A stretch of 63,824 nucleotides of DNA, filler included, from Reclinomonas americana ATCC 50394 (lineage: Eukaryota): NCBI GenBank assembly GCA_048213135.1. It is 5 parts of 5 records of this genome, joined end to end, with 100 filler letters (N's around TTAATTAATTAA, not from the genome) between each part and the next. Parts side by side here need not be neighbours in the genome. Positions count along the whole stretch, not along the records: positions 1 to 18,180 come from PS015430.1; 4 more parts are not named here. One strand, written 5' to 3'. Positions 1-11,769 of this stretch are shown here, piece after piece. Both the position numbers and the translations under genes were made by a program. The notes beneath the pieces were generated by a model. That model worked only from the letters and a program-made list of their open reading frames with translations. It was not told the origin of the DNA and made no database searches. Each line of letters begins with the position of its first letter. The stretch's first letter is position 1.

Positions 1-256
1 TCTGGATTTCCGATTGCTGTACAGCGGCAAGGTGTGTGTGTGTGTGTGCGTGTTGCAGCGCTCGGGCAGTGTGCTACCTGCGTGCTGATCGTTGTCGTGT
101 CTCACGTAGATCCATCATTTGGACTTGGAGAAAGCGCGTGATCTCGCTCGCATGGAGCCCGTGCTGTTTCCGTGCTTCCTGGCCGACATGGACGACTATC
201 ACCGCCGGTTAGACGAACTGGCACGCATCAACGGCATTGACCCACCACTTTTGTAG
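1..256 (+). CDS. 3' end of a hypothetical protein (last two exons)
   Basis: LDFRLLYSGK | GT..AG intron (32-109) | IHHLDLEKARDLARMEPVLFPCFLADMDDYHRRLDELARINGIDPPLL*. The start is outside the window. Confidence 0.55.
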
Positions 257-330
257 CATTACATGTTTTGAGTTGTTTGTTGTTTGTTATTATTGCCTCG
301 AGTGAGAAGAGCAAAGGAGAGAGACGGGGA

Positions 331-2952
331 CTACAAGAAGCGACGCATCAATTCGGTGCGCAGCGAAGCGATCCTGGCCGATCCCGGCGGCGATATGGTG
401 CGCGGTGGACCCAAGGCGATCGTTGGTCGCTGGTAGTGGTGCGCCTGCAAGGACACGAGTGCTGCGCCGCCTCGTGCTTCGGGTGGAATGTGCGTCGCCA
501 TGAGTAGCGAGGCGAGCCCACCGTCGGTCTCGGACGACAGTGGTCGCTCAAACCTACAGCAGAGAGTGAGTGAGTGAGTGAGTGAGCCGGTGTCTCACAC
601 AAAGTGAGGATTGGGTGGTGGCGGTGCTGCCGCTGCGCACCTGGAGGTGTGGAATCGATCGGGCGACAGCGATCGTCCGAGCAGTCGGCGCATGGGAGCG
701 CTGCCCGGCAACACGAGACGCTCCGCATTCACCACGACCACATCGTCGGGCGCAAGACCGAGATCAATGGATCGCGGACGTGGCGAAGTGGTGCCCGAGG
801 GAGCGCGCGGGTTCACAAAAGCGTCCCAGTCGGCAGCAGCAGCAGCAGCAGCAGCAGGAGGTGGCTGTGAGTCGCGCGATGCAAGTGCTGCGGATGGCTT
901 CCCCGCCGTCGGCGTCTCCTTGAAGAAGCCGGCGTGATGGCGGAACTCGTGCTCCAGCACCGCTTGCCGTCGTTGCTCCTCCTCCGCAAGCATATCGCGA
1001 AACAGTTCCTGCAGACTCTTCTCCGGCGCCGGCGACTGGCCGTTTTGAGGTGCATGCTCTGCGGTGCCATTTACCATCGCCGTCGCCGGACGTAGCGGTG
1101 GATGTGTCGCTGCTCGTCGGCCAGAGCCTGTACATACGGGTGCGAGCAGTGAGTGCCTGGCACGAGGACGTGACAGAAGCGAGAGACAGACCTTCGGTGT
1201 GATGACGAGTGGGGCGGTTCAGGAGTGATTCCCATGACGTGGGGACCTGCGATTGTACCTCTCGCCTCGGTGACGGCGCAGCAGATGCTGGTGCCGACGA
1301 TGCCGGTGTCAAGCCGCCCTCCGGCCGCGGCGAACCGGAGATTGGAGTTGCGGGCGCGGCCGCTCGTGGTGGCGACGGCGATCGAGGCAGAGTTGCCCGT
1401 CTCCTCTGCTGCTCCTCCTCAATGGCCGCAAGTTGCGCCTCCAGTCGCGCCTTTTGCAACTTGAGCTCCAACACGCGGATCTCTTCGAGTCGCATGCGCG
1501 AGGCAGCGGTCTCTGGCACAGCGACCACCGGCGGCGCCTCCATCGACGGCTGCGGCGACGGCGACGGTGACGGTGAAGGCGACAAGCGTGTGAAGGGTGG
1601 TACGGGCGGTGTCGGTGGTGATGGTGGTGACGCAGACAATGGCGATGGAGTTGGTGATGCACCCCACGCGTCCCCCGAGTCGGTGCCGACGGCCACCGAG
1701 GTGTGCGTCTCACCAGGTCGGGCAGTGACAAACGCAACACGGCGACGCGACGGTGACTCTCCATACTAAATGTTTCACACACATGAGTATGTATGCATAT
1801 CGCTTCTTCTCATCTCCAGAGTACAACATCATACCTGCAACATGGACGGTTGCGTTGGTGGCGGCGTTTGTGTCGTGCGACTCAGCTGCGTTTGCGTGTG
1901 TTGTTCTTGCATCACCGGCAACGACACTGGACGAACGGCGCCCACCGTCAGGCCACCGTTGTTGCCGGGAAAGAGTGCTCGCTGCAGATCGTCGTCCTTT
2001 TTGCCACCACAGTGAGCACCCTCACCTCAACAAACAGCAACACGAGGAAACCGGATCACCTGCGCACGCCGTGCTCTGCCATCGTCATCAGTGTCGTCAC
2101 CATCATCGACCGCCGTCGGCACTCCGCGGATCAAACTGAACTGCTGCGACGATCGTGACTGCGACGACGGCCTATCGTCCTCATCCTCGTCAATCACATG
2201 CTGCCGATGCACAATCAGTGGTCTGCGACGCGACGACCGACTCTCCGACATGCGCAGCCGCTCCGCTTGCACCGGCGCCTGCTGTCCATACTCTGCACCA
2301 CTCTCCACACTGCGGTACTCGTCACCATCGCTGCCGCCCTCATCATCATCATCATACGGATAATAGTCGACCACCTCGACCACAGCATCGCGGCTGTACC
2401 ATCCGTCGACGAGATGCCCAACTCGCGAATCGAATGACTTGGGCGACTGGTCCAGCAGCGGTGCGCTTGGCGATCCGCGTGATGCAGTGAACGTGGAGGC
2501 CGATGGAGATGATGAAACGAGTGTGGAAAGTGGGATTGATGGTGGAGTCGGTGGTGGTGGTGGTGGCGTGTCGACTGCTGCTGTTGTCACTGTCGTCGTT
2601 GTCGTTGTTGGTGGTGACGCTGGTGCGGTGGTGTTACGCGGGGCACCGAGTCGAGTGGGAGGCGATAAGCTGCTCCGCGAAATGTGAGCGTGGTGAGCAC
2701 ATCTCTCTCTCTCTGCCTCTCTTACCGGCGCGAGTACTCGAGTCGCGTCTCCAGAGTGCGTCGCTGCTCATCAGGCGCGGGAACCGAGGTCGCAGTGCGC
2801 GCTCGCAACATTCGGCGTCGGTGTCGGAAATGTTCACCAGGACACCGACGGATGTGCGTCAAAGTGTGGTGGCGCAGGAGGTCACTGGGCGACACGTGCA
2901 GCATGCCACTGCAAGGAGCGCGCACGATCGCAGGCGTTGAGCGATGATGCAT
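331..2952 (-). CDS. Multi-exon low-complexity (Pro/Ser/acidic) hypothetical protein with a short coiled coil
   Basis: Long minus ORFs 2027-2590, 764-1696 and 595-1077 can be joined by GT-AG introns. Coiled-coil segment RLEEIRVLELKLQKARLEAQL. Last exon ends ...SLRTELMRRFL* at 331. Start codon uncertain. Confidence 0.55.
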
Positions 2953-3195
2953 GCACGTCGTCGATGATGAACGTCGCGCGCGATCTCTTGCCTGCGTGAA
3001 AGAGCGCTGCTCACCGATCGGTAGGCGCATGCAGTGCAAGCAAGCAGTCTCCCGCTCTCTACGACTCCCGCGCCTGCTTGTGCCATTGTCTGCCTTGGCG
3101 TGAGAACTCTCGAAAAAAACGCGTCGTCCTACTCATTCCCGTTTTTCATCTCCGCACGCACGCACTCATCGCTTACTCTTCTGTGAGTTGTGAAG

Positions 3196-4187
3196 ATGAA
3201 CGCCGAGGAGCTCAAGTCGCACCGACGGTGGCGATTCCGTGGCGGTTGCTTCACGCAGTCGGTGTACTTGTGTGCGCGTGTGCTCACCTGGCTCTGCCGA
3301 TGGTCCATCAATCGCCTGCTCTCGCGTGTCTTGTGGCCCAATGTGCACATCGAGGGGCAGATGAGTGAACGGTGAGTGTGCGAGGGAGAGAGTGGGGGGT
3401 GTGAAGGCGATGTCCGCGCCATTGTCTCTTACAGGGTCACACACACGCGCACGCACGCGCTCCTTACAAGACAACTCCTCTAATGTCCGCATCTGTGTCT
3501 GTGCGTCTCTTCTGCTACTGATGTTGTCTCGAGAGAGTCCCGATGAGTTGCATCGCATTCACCACCGAACTCTCTCTTACCTCTCTCTTACCCTCTCTCT
3601 TGTCTTTCCCTCTCTGTGCGCTCGCTGTGTGCTCCCATCGTGTGTTGAGTTGTGAGAGCGCGTTGTCGTGTTTGTGGCATGCTCGCATTCACTGACTTGC
3701 ATTTCGCACGCGCGCGCGCCATGCATCGATCAATCATCGGCGATCACAGCACGAAGACGTGGCGGAAAGTGCTATTTGGAATCTTGTTTGGCTTCGTGGC
3801 GCTGGTGGCCATGCCGCTCGCTGGCCTCGGCTTCCTCATCCAACTCCCGCTGGCGGTGTTCTTGCGACGGGAGTTTGTGTATCGGTGCCCGTCGGAGCGC
3901 TCGTTGGCGACCTCTGGCGGCCTCATCATCAGTGGCTCCGACTCGGGCAGAGGAGGTATGCCGGTCGATGGTCTGCTGTTGGGTGAGAGCGCTGCCGGTG
4001 GACACGCCCTGCAACGGGAGCCGTGGCCGTCAAAGTGCGTTGCCGAGTGTGTGTATGTTTGCAGAGAGAGTTGTAGTGGTGACGCTGACTGTCGACGTGC
4101 AGCAATCCCGAGGAGCCGGCGTACCACCTCACCTTCCGCATCGGCAGCATCAACATTTGCATGCTCCCCGAAATCGCCTCCCGCAAG
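3196..4187 (+). CDS. SMPD3: Neutral sphingomyelinase, nSMase2/SMPD3-like, N-terminal part (runs into gap)
   Basis: Hydrophobic segments ...MPLAGLGFLIQLPLAVFLRREFVYR and the next exon FRIGSINICMLPEIASRK resemble the nSMase2 N-terminal anchor and the first catalytic strand (FATANVCLLP). Intron 3372-3749 restores the frame. Confidence 0.75.
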
Positions 4188-5158
4188 GTCTGTGTGTGTG
4201 AAAGTGAAAGAGAGAGAAAGAGAGAAAGAGCANNNNNNNNNNNNNNNNNNNNNNNNNNNNNNNNNNNNNNNNNNNNNNNNNNNNNNNNNNNNNNNNNNNN
4301 NNNNNNNNNNNNNNNNNNNNNNNNNNNNNNNNNNNNNNNNNNNNNNNNNNNNNNNNNNNNNNNNNNNNNNNNNNNNNNNNNNNNNNNNNNNNNNNNNNNN
4401 NNNNNNNNNNNNNNNNNNNNNNNNNNNNNNNNNNNNNNNNNNNNNNNNNNNNNNNNNNNNNNNNNNNNNNNNNNNNNNNNNNNNNNNNNNNNNNNNNNNN
4501 NNNNNNNNNNNNNNNNNNNNNNNNNNNNNNNNNNNNNNNNNNNNNNNNNNNNNNNNNNNNNNNNNNNNNNNNNNNNNNNNNNNNNNNNNNNNNNNNNNNN
4601 NNNNNNNNNNNNNNNNNNNNNNNNNNNNNNNNNNNNNNNNNNNNNNNNNNNNNNNNNNNNNNNNNNNNNNNNNNNNNNNNNNNNNNNNNNNNNNNNNNNN
4701 NNNNNNNNNNNNNNNNNNNNNNNNNNNNNNNNNNNNNNNNNNNNNNNNNNNNNNNNNNNNNNNNNNNNNNNNNNNNNNNNNNNNNNNNNNNNNNNNNNNN
4801 NNNNNNNNNNNNNNNNNNNNNNNNNNNNNNNNNNNNNNNNNNNNNNNNNNNNNNNNNNNNNNNNNNNNNNNNNNNNNNNNNNNNNNNNNNNNNNNNNNNN
4901 NNNNNNNNNNNNNNNNNNNNNNNNNNNNNNNNNNNNNNNNNNNNNNNNNNNNNNNNNNNNNNNNNNNNNNNNNNNNNNNNNNNNNNNNNNNNNNNNNNNN
5001 NNNNNNNNNNNNNNNNNNNNNNNNNNNNNNNNNNNNNNNNNNNNNNNNNNAAGACAGGCGGTGATGTGTACTGAAAGAAAACACTCCTCCGGGCAGGCGC
5101 AGGAGGAGGAGGAGACAACGAAAACCGTGCCTTTCAAACACGAGCTGCTGAGCGAACC

Positions 5159-5877
5159 ATGCCGACCATTACTGCCAGTCATTTCGAGCTGTTTCGTCGT
5201 GTGCGCGGTCTGCTGCTGCGCATGCGCTTCAAGCTGATGGCGTGCGAGTCCATTGAGGACAGCTGGTGCGTATTTTCTTCGCCATCGGCTTCTGCCTGCT
5301 GATCATAAAAAAGCTGTGTTTGTGTGGCAGGTCCGGAATGCTCAGCGATCCGCTGCAAGCGCTGCTCAATGTCGCGCACTTTGTGTCTCGGCGCTTCTCC
5401 CGACCACTCTCGCGTCACCTGAGCGACCTGCTGCCCCCGTGCGCCACCCCCGAAATGTCGGTCCGCACCGCTGTGGCCACGGCCGTACATCTCAGCTACG
5501 CCATGCTCGGCACTCTGTCGCCGTACAGACGCGACGAAACGGTGGCGGAGACGGCGTCTGCGGCGGAGACGGGCACGGACGAGGAGGAAGAGATGCTGCT
5601 GCGCATCTTTACGCACCGTGAGGACGGTCTCACCGACAAGCTGCACTGGATGGAGCGCATCTGCCGCGAGGCCATTGACTGGCATAACCGACACGCCGCA
5701 CAGCGACGCTACGAAAAGGAACGACTGCGCCGCCAGCAGCAGGAGGCCGAAGAGGAGGAGATGCGGGAGCTAGTCCGCATTGAGGAAGAGTACGAGAAAC
5801 TCCTCATCGAACTCAGTGAGCGTGTGAGAGCGCACGGTGCCGCCGAGGAGGCAGCATTGGAGGCAGTACAGGAGTGA
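5159..5877 (+). CDS. Hypothetical protein with C-terminal Glu/Arg coiled coil
   Basis: MPTITASHFELFRR...EDSW | intron | SGMLSDPLQ...EAVQE*. The start may lie further upstream. Confidence 0.5.
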
Positions 5878-5988
5878 AAAAAGCCCCGCAAGAAGCAGAA
5901 ACCGTAACAAACCACGTGACTACACCTTTAACCCCAAGCACACGAGAGAGAAAGCAGAAGACAGCACGCACAGGTCTCTTGTCCTCGC

Positions 5989-7187
5989 TCATCTCACGGT
6001 GAAACGGAGTTGCAGGGCAACGTGGTCGGTGATGCCGGCGCCGGCACACACGAGATCCCAGTCAAATTGTACAGCATTTTCCAAATCCGCATTCAGTGAG
6101 TCCTCGCCACGCACGAGCTCTGCGTGCACGGTCACGAAGTCACGAATGAGCCACTTCACCGACACAGAGACACAGTGTGTGTGATTGAGCAAGATCGCCA
6201 CTCAACTGTGCCCGTGCACTTCCTCGTCCAACACAATGTAGTCCAGTCGACGGCCACAGGGCACCTTGCCGTCCTCTGCGTGCACACACACACGCACATA
6301 CACAAACCGATAAGTACGAGTCTGACACACAAGTTCACACTTTTGTCACTTGCCAGTGACTCACCACTGGTCTCAATAAATTGCTCTCGCTTCGCCTTGG
6401 ACATGATCAGGCTGCGGAAGAGCGCCGCTGGGGTAGTGAAGCCGTCGCCCCACACCGAACCCACATTGGTGCCGAGCACCCAAGCTGGTGAGAACAGAGT
6501 GAGAACTCCTTCACCTCCCACCTCCCACCTCCACCAGCATGAGAGCCCCACACGCAACGATAATCACGACCTGGCGCAGCGCGGCACGGGTCAATGAACT
6601 TGGCGCCGTCACGCAGCGGCTTGCGCATCGAGTCGTTGGAACTGCCACTGTCCACACCGAGCTCCACGTCCATCAGACGATGGTGAGAGTCGACTGCCAG
6701 CTGCACTGCCGTAGCCCGCGCCGTCGATGCCGCCCGCGACCGTGACGCCGAGGCCAGAGCCGTCAGCAGTGAAGGCCGCGGTGGATCCGAGGTCGGGGCC
6801 GGCGCGCTACCACCACCGCCGTCCGACGTCACCGTAATGTTGATCGACGACATTTCCGTGCTCGTGTTCTGCTCGTCGTCGTGATCCAAGTCGCCGGTGC
6901 TGAACGGTTCGTCCTCCGGCGGTGGCAATTGTGGCTGCTGCTGCTGCTGCGATTGCTGCTGCGACTGCTGCTGTGGTTGCGACAGTTGCTGCTGGAAGGG
7001 CGGCATGTTCTGACCAAAAAATGGTGGTGCGCGCGCCGGACTGACGCTCGGCCGCCTCGTCAGTGACAGCTGCGGCGCCATCGTGGGGCCCGCCTGCGGC
7101 GGCGAGAACCAGAACGGGTGTGTGTACTCGGGCTCGTCCCAAATGCCGGCATTGTCAAAGTTGAGATCGCCGCACAGCGTCGACAGC
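5989..7187 (-). CDS. SMPD3: Neutral sphingomyelinase, SMPD3-like, C-terminal catalytic part
   Basis: Motifs in order: LCGDLNFDN, FIDPCR, WVLGT, GRRLDYI and AGITDHVAL. These match the EEP-superfamily/nSMase2 motifs GDFNFDN, DPCR, WAIGT, GRRIDY and GLTDH. Confidence 0.8.
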
Positions 7188-7476
7188 NNNNNNNNNNNNN
7201 NNNNNNNGACTAAAAAAAGAAAAGAAAGAGGGAAAGTGGAGTTGGGCGCTTTTTTTTTTCTAGTTGTCATTTGTATTCATTAGTCAAAAAACATGATCAT
7301 TATTCTAGCACGTCGTGCGAGTCTATCAGCACTAAACGGCAGCATACACGAGCTCCACTAAAGTCGGAGTCGTGGACGTAAGGGGGAGAGGAAAATAGGC
7401 ATTCCAACTCTCTCTCGCGAGAGCCCCCCAATCTTGAAGCAGCAGTGTGATCGTCGTCACTTGCGTCGTGTCGGCA

Positions 7477-8214
7477 TTAGACGACCACACGCGGCACCGG
7501 CCAGCGCACGGCATACTCGGTCGGCGGCAACTCATCAAGCCACTCATCAATGCGCTCAAAGAGGCGACGCGTGCGCTCCAGTTCCGGTTGCAAGTAGACC
7601 TCGGGCGCCTCACTCAGCGCCAGCACATACGAGTCCTGGCGCTTCAGCGGCACACCACCATCCTCATCCACCACCACGGCCGCCACGTCAGCAGCATCCG
7701 CGTCAGTGGCGTGCACCTCGCGGCCACTGATGAGCGCCAGCAGTTGCGGGCGCAACTCGTCGACGACCACCGAGGCCAGCGACGAGACCGCCGTCGATGA
7801 TGACGACAGCAGCGGCGGGTTGGTGGATGACACAGTCAAGTGCTGCAGGATGCGGTCGGCGGCGTCACGCGCCACTGGGGACACGCCGCCCTCGTCGACC
7901 ATCATGTGTGACACTCGGCGCTCCCACGTGGACATGTGCGATGCGAGCGACGACGACGTGGAGCGCGACTGCGGCAGCTGGTGCTGTTGTTGTTGTTGGT
8001 AGCTGTGCACGATCTCCAGGTCCTCCTCGTCTTCGTCGTCGTCGTGGTATACAACATCGCCAGAGGCAAGCATCGTGGCCGAGGGAAGTCGCACTTCAGC
8101 GGGCGCAGACATGCGATACTTTTGTTGTTGTTTCGTCTGTTGTTGGTGGGCGCTCTCTTCTCGTTGTTGTTGTTGGAGGTGTCGTTGATGTTGAGCACTG
8201 TGAGCGCAGCCCAT
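7477..8214 (-). CDS. Single-exon hypothetical protein with MGC N-terminus and polyQ
   Basis: Open frame from ATG 8214 (MGCAHSAQ...) to stop at 7477, with coding-like composition. Confidence 0.55.
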   Translation of the reverse strand: MGCAHSAQHQRHLQQQQREESAHQQQTKQQQKYRMSAPAEVRLPSATMLASGDVVYHDDDEDEEDLEIVHSYQQQQQHQLPQSRSTSSSLASHMSTWERRVSHMMVDEGGVSPVARDAADRILQHLTVSSTNPPLLSSSSTAVSSLASVVVDELRPQLLALISGREVHATDADAADVAAVVVDEDGGVPLKRQDSYVLALSEAPEVYLQPELERTRRLFERIDEWLDELPPTEYAVRWPVPRVVV

Positions 8215-8869
8215 TGTAGTTGTTGTCGTGGTTGTCAGCTCTCTCACGGAGTGTGTTGATTGCGATGATTGCGACCAAAGTCCGCGAATTTGCCTGAAAT
8301 GTCGGCGACGGCGCCGAAAATAACTCACTCGCCGCGATGGCTGCCCCGTGTGCTCGCTGATGCTCTCAAACGGAAGAAAGGTCACATATATCGATGCAGC
8401 TGATGCACTGCCTCACTCCGCGCACACCGCTCGCGTCGCCCGAGCGCTGGCAGAGCGCGAGATTCGAAATGTCCGATCCACTGCATCAGTTGCCGCGCGC
8501 GCAACCAAATTCGAGCATGGATGCCAGGGGCGCGAGCGCGCGCTCTGATGTGATCCTCACATAACCCACGCGTCCATGGTGCATTACCGATGGCCGCCGG
8601 GCACCGGGCGTGGAACCCCGACCGCTTCCGTCGAGCTCGCGCTGCGAGCTGTCGCCGGAGGTCCGCGAATACCGCCCGCAACTCCGACAAATGCAACGGG
8701 TTCACTTTGCCTTCATTTTATTGGCCGCCACTGTTGCCTTCACAACTGCTATGCGACCTGTGTTGCGTGTGGATGCCACCCTCCCTCCCTCCCACAGATT
8801 CTCCCCGGTATTTGTCAGATTGATGGTATTGCGTCCCGGGCCCGGGAAGTATGTATTTGCGATGTGTTG

Positions 8870-11628
8870 TCATGGATGGTGCTTCTTGAGGGCCGGTGGT
8901 GCAACGTCATCCTCCTCCTCTTCCTCTTCCTCCTTTCCCTCCTCGGCATCCTCGCCGGCTGCTTCCATGCGTTCGTCGTCACCGTCGTCTTCGTCCTCCT
9001 CATCAGATGCCGCCGCACTCGTTCTGCAGACATGCAAAGTCACTACAGAGAGAGAGAGAGAGAGAGAGAAGAGCGGGGCAGTTCGGTGGGGAGTCACGCA
9101 CCTCTTGCCGAGCGCTCGCCTCTTCGGTCCCCAGTTCTCGGGATTCACCACGAATTTGACGGTGCGCGACGGACGAGCGTCGTCACGAATGGCCCAGTCG
9201 ATGCCCTCCACGCTGCACGCCCAGGGGGGAGGAGGATTTCAGGAAACACACTCACACGCACGTGTACAGGCAGACACCCATTGATTGCACGCAACGTTGG
9301 CTCCTTGGCGAGAATCAGTGCACCGGCGGAGCCGGCGCGAGGATTGGCGGAGGGATGGTGATCGCGAACCCACTTGCGAACCACATCCCACAGCACGTGC
9401 GGCGGGCAGTCAGTTTTCAGGCCCTTGTAGTTTGCGTGCGTCACCGAGCATCGGTAGCCGAGGCTCACCAGCACCGATCTGCAAGAGGCGCTCTGTCGGC
9501 AACTGCGAATGACCAGTGCTCACTCACCTCACTCTCTTTCACTCACCTGAACAGCGCAATGCGTGGCACCGTGCTCTGCACCGTGCTAAACAGGCGCGAC
9601 ACGACATAAAATAGTGGCACGTCCGGCAGCTCTTCTTGCACGGCCGTCAACCTGCAAAGGGGCAGGTGCAGTGAGGAGGTGACACAAAGAGAGACTTGAT
9701 GGAGAACGTGAGGTGACGCACAAGCCGAGCATCTTGTTCTCACTGGCGAATTCGCCGCGATTGCTCTTGACGGACTCGATGAGGCGTGCCACAAACTCCT
9801 TGTCGTGCAGCGGTCCGTTCCATATCGGACCACCCACCTACAGCGTGCGTGGAATCAGTGGACGGAGAAATCTCCCTCTGCACACAGCAGCTATCGTGTG
9901 TGTGTTGCCACGCACCAGCACATTCGAACCGGTTTCGGCACACCGCGTCGGAGCCGTAGCGTAACCGGGCCAGTACTTGATCCCCTTGCCACTCTTACCG
10001 GCAGCGGAGCGCCCGAGTGGCTGCAGAAAGTGCGAATCGCAGCCGGTGCTCTGGTACACGTAGGATAGATTGCTGTGTGGAACACAGTGTGAGGAAACGA
10101 TGGAGAGCAGCTCCCCCCTCCATCTCCCTCCATCTCCAGCACACACCACATCACATCCTTGGCTTTCGACGCCTTCTCGAAGACTCGCACAAAGATGCGC
10201 ACGTAGAAATCAATGTACAGCGACATGACGGGCACAATGTGTCGCTGGTGACGTGCGGCGTGTTGTGCGATGCACGACAACACAATGCGGACTCCCTGCA
10301 ACCACAGAATAAGCAATCGACCGCCGTGGAGACCCTTTGTGTGGTTCCACCACTCACCATCTCGTGTCCGTACGGATAGTGCAGCGGCATCGAGCCGTAC
10401 TTGTTGAAGCACGTCTCCGGATGGTTGCCGCACAGAACCGCCATGTCGGTGCACGTGACGCACAGGAGACCTGCATCGAGAGAGCGATGAGCTGAGCGAC
10501 GACTGCAACCACTCGCCCACTCACATCGCCATGCAACTCACCTCCCGATCGTACCGCCTGCACACCGGCGTCGAGGAATTGCGATGCACTGCCGTACGGA
10601 TCGAGGTCTGCCACAGGAAGCGCGCGTGAGGTTGATGATGTGCCAAAGGCACAAGCAATCGCACGTCGTCTCACCGACAATCGTGAACGGTTCGCCGGCC
10701 GTTCGCAGCTGGTGCATTACGAATCTACAAAACAAACAAAAACAGCAGTGAGTGTACAAGACGTGTGCGCTGGGAGGGGCGGAGGGAACGCAACGTGGCG
10801 TCGCCTTGGCTCGGCACAAACTGCTCCGACTCGATGCCATTGAACTGCAGCAGCATTGACGATTGAGCAAGCACAGACACACACAGGCACAGGCACAGGC
10901 ACACGCACCGCCATGTTGCTTCGAATGTTCTCCACCGCGACCGGATCGAGATCGTTGGCCATGATTTTCTCCAGGCCAGGGATCTCTTTCCAGTACCGGA
11001 TGGAGCGCAAGCCTGACGGGGCGAAAAGAGCGAGAGCATGAGCGGCTTGTCACTGAAAGAAGCACACGCGCGTGGGACGAGGCACTGACCACTGGCGGCC
11101 AGTCCCTCGAGAATGCTGAGCGGTGCGACGGGTGTAGCGAATGCCGATGCTCCTTCTGTCGGCGCAGTGAGCAACGGTGCTTCTTCGTCTTCCACTTGCT
11201 ACGACGCAACTCCGCGCAAAGTACTGCTCATGCTCGATACGCCGTGTGCGGTCAAACTCTCGAATGACGGCGATCGACAGGTCGCGATTAATGACTTGCG
11301 CTGCGCGTGCGAGAGAGGGTCAGCAAATGCAAAAGAACCACCTTTGCATGCACACACACACCTGGGTTGTAAAACACTTCCTCGTCAGAGTCGGGGTACA
11401 GAATGCGTGCTTGGCCCTCTTGCACCACGCGGAAGCCTGCAATAGGGAGCACGCATGCATCCACAAATCATTTTTGAGACACTTCTTGCTTTCCCTCTCA
11501 TTCTGCTCACCTGCAGGCACTGATGCATCGGTGAGTGTGCTTGCTGCCGCAGCAGAGACCGTGGACACAGTGGAAGATGAAGAGGATGCCATGAGGGTTC
11601 TGCGCAGCTGCAGGAGACGAAAGAGCAT
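8870..11628 (-). CDS. TRM1: tRNA (guanine26-N2)-dimethyltransferase
   Basis: Spliced motifs [77 protein letters not shown] and [11 protein letters not shown]. Confidence 0.95.
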
Positions 11629-11769
11629 CGGTGGTGCTGATTGCAGTGAGTCAGTCGGTCGCGCAGCACAGCACGTGTGGTATACTGTGTGGATGTGTGC
11701 GCACTTGCCTCTGCACGACCCTGTAGACGACGGGGAGTGAGTGGGACAGGACGCATTCATTGCTCTTTT

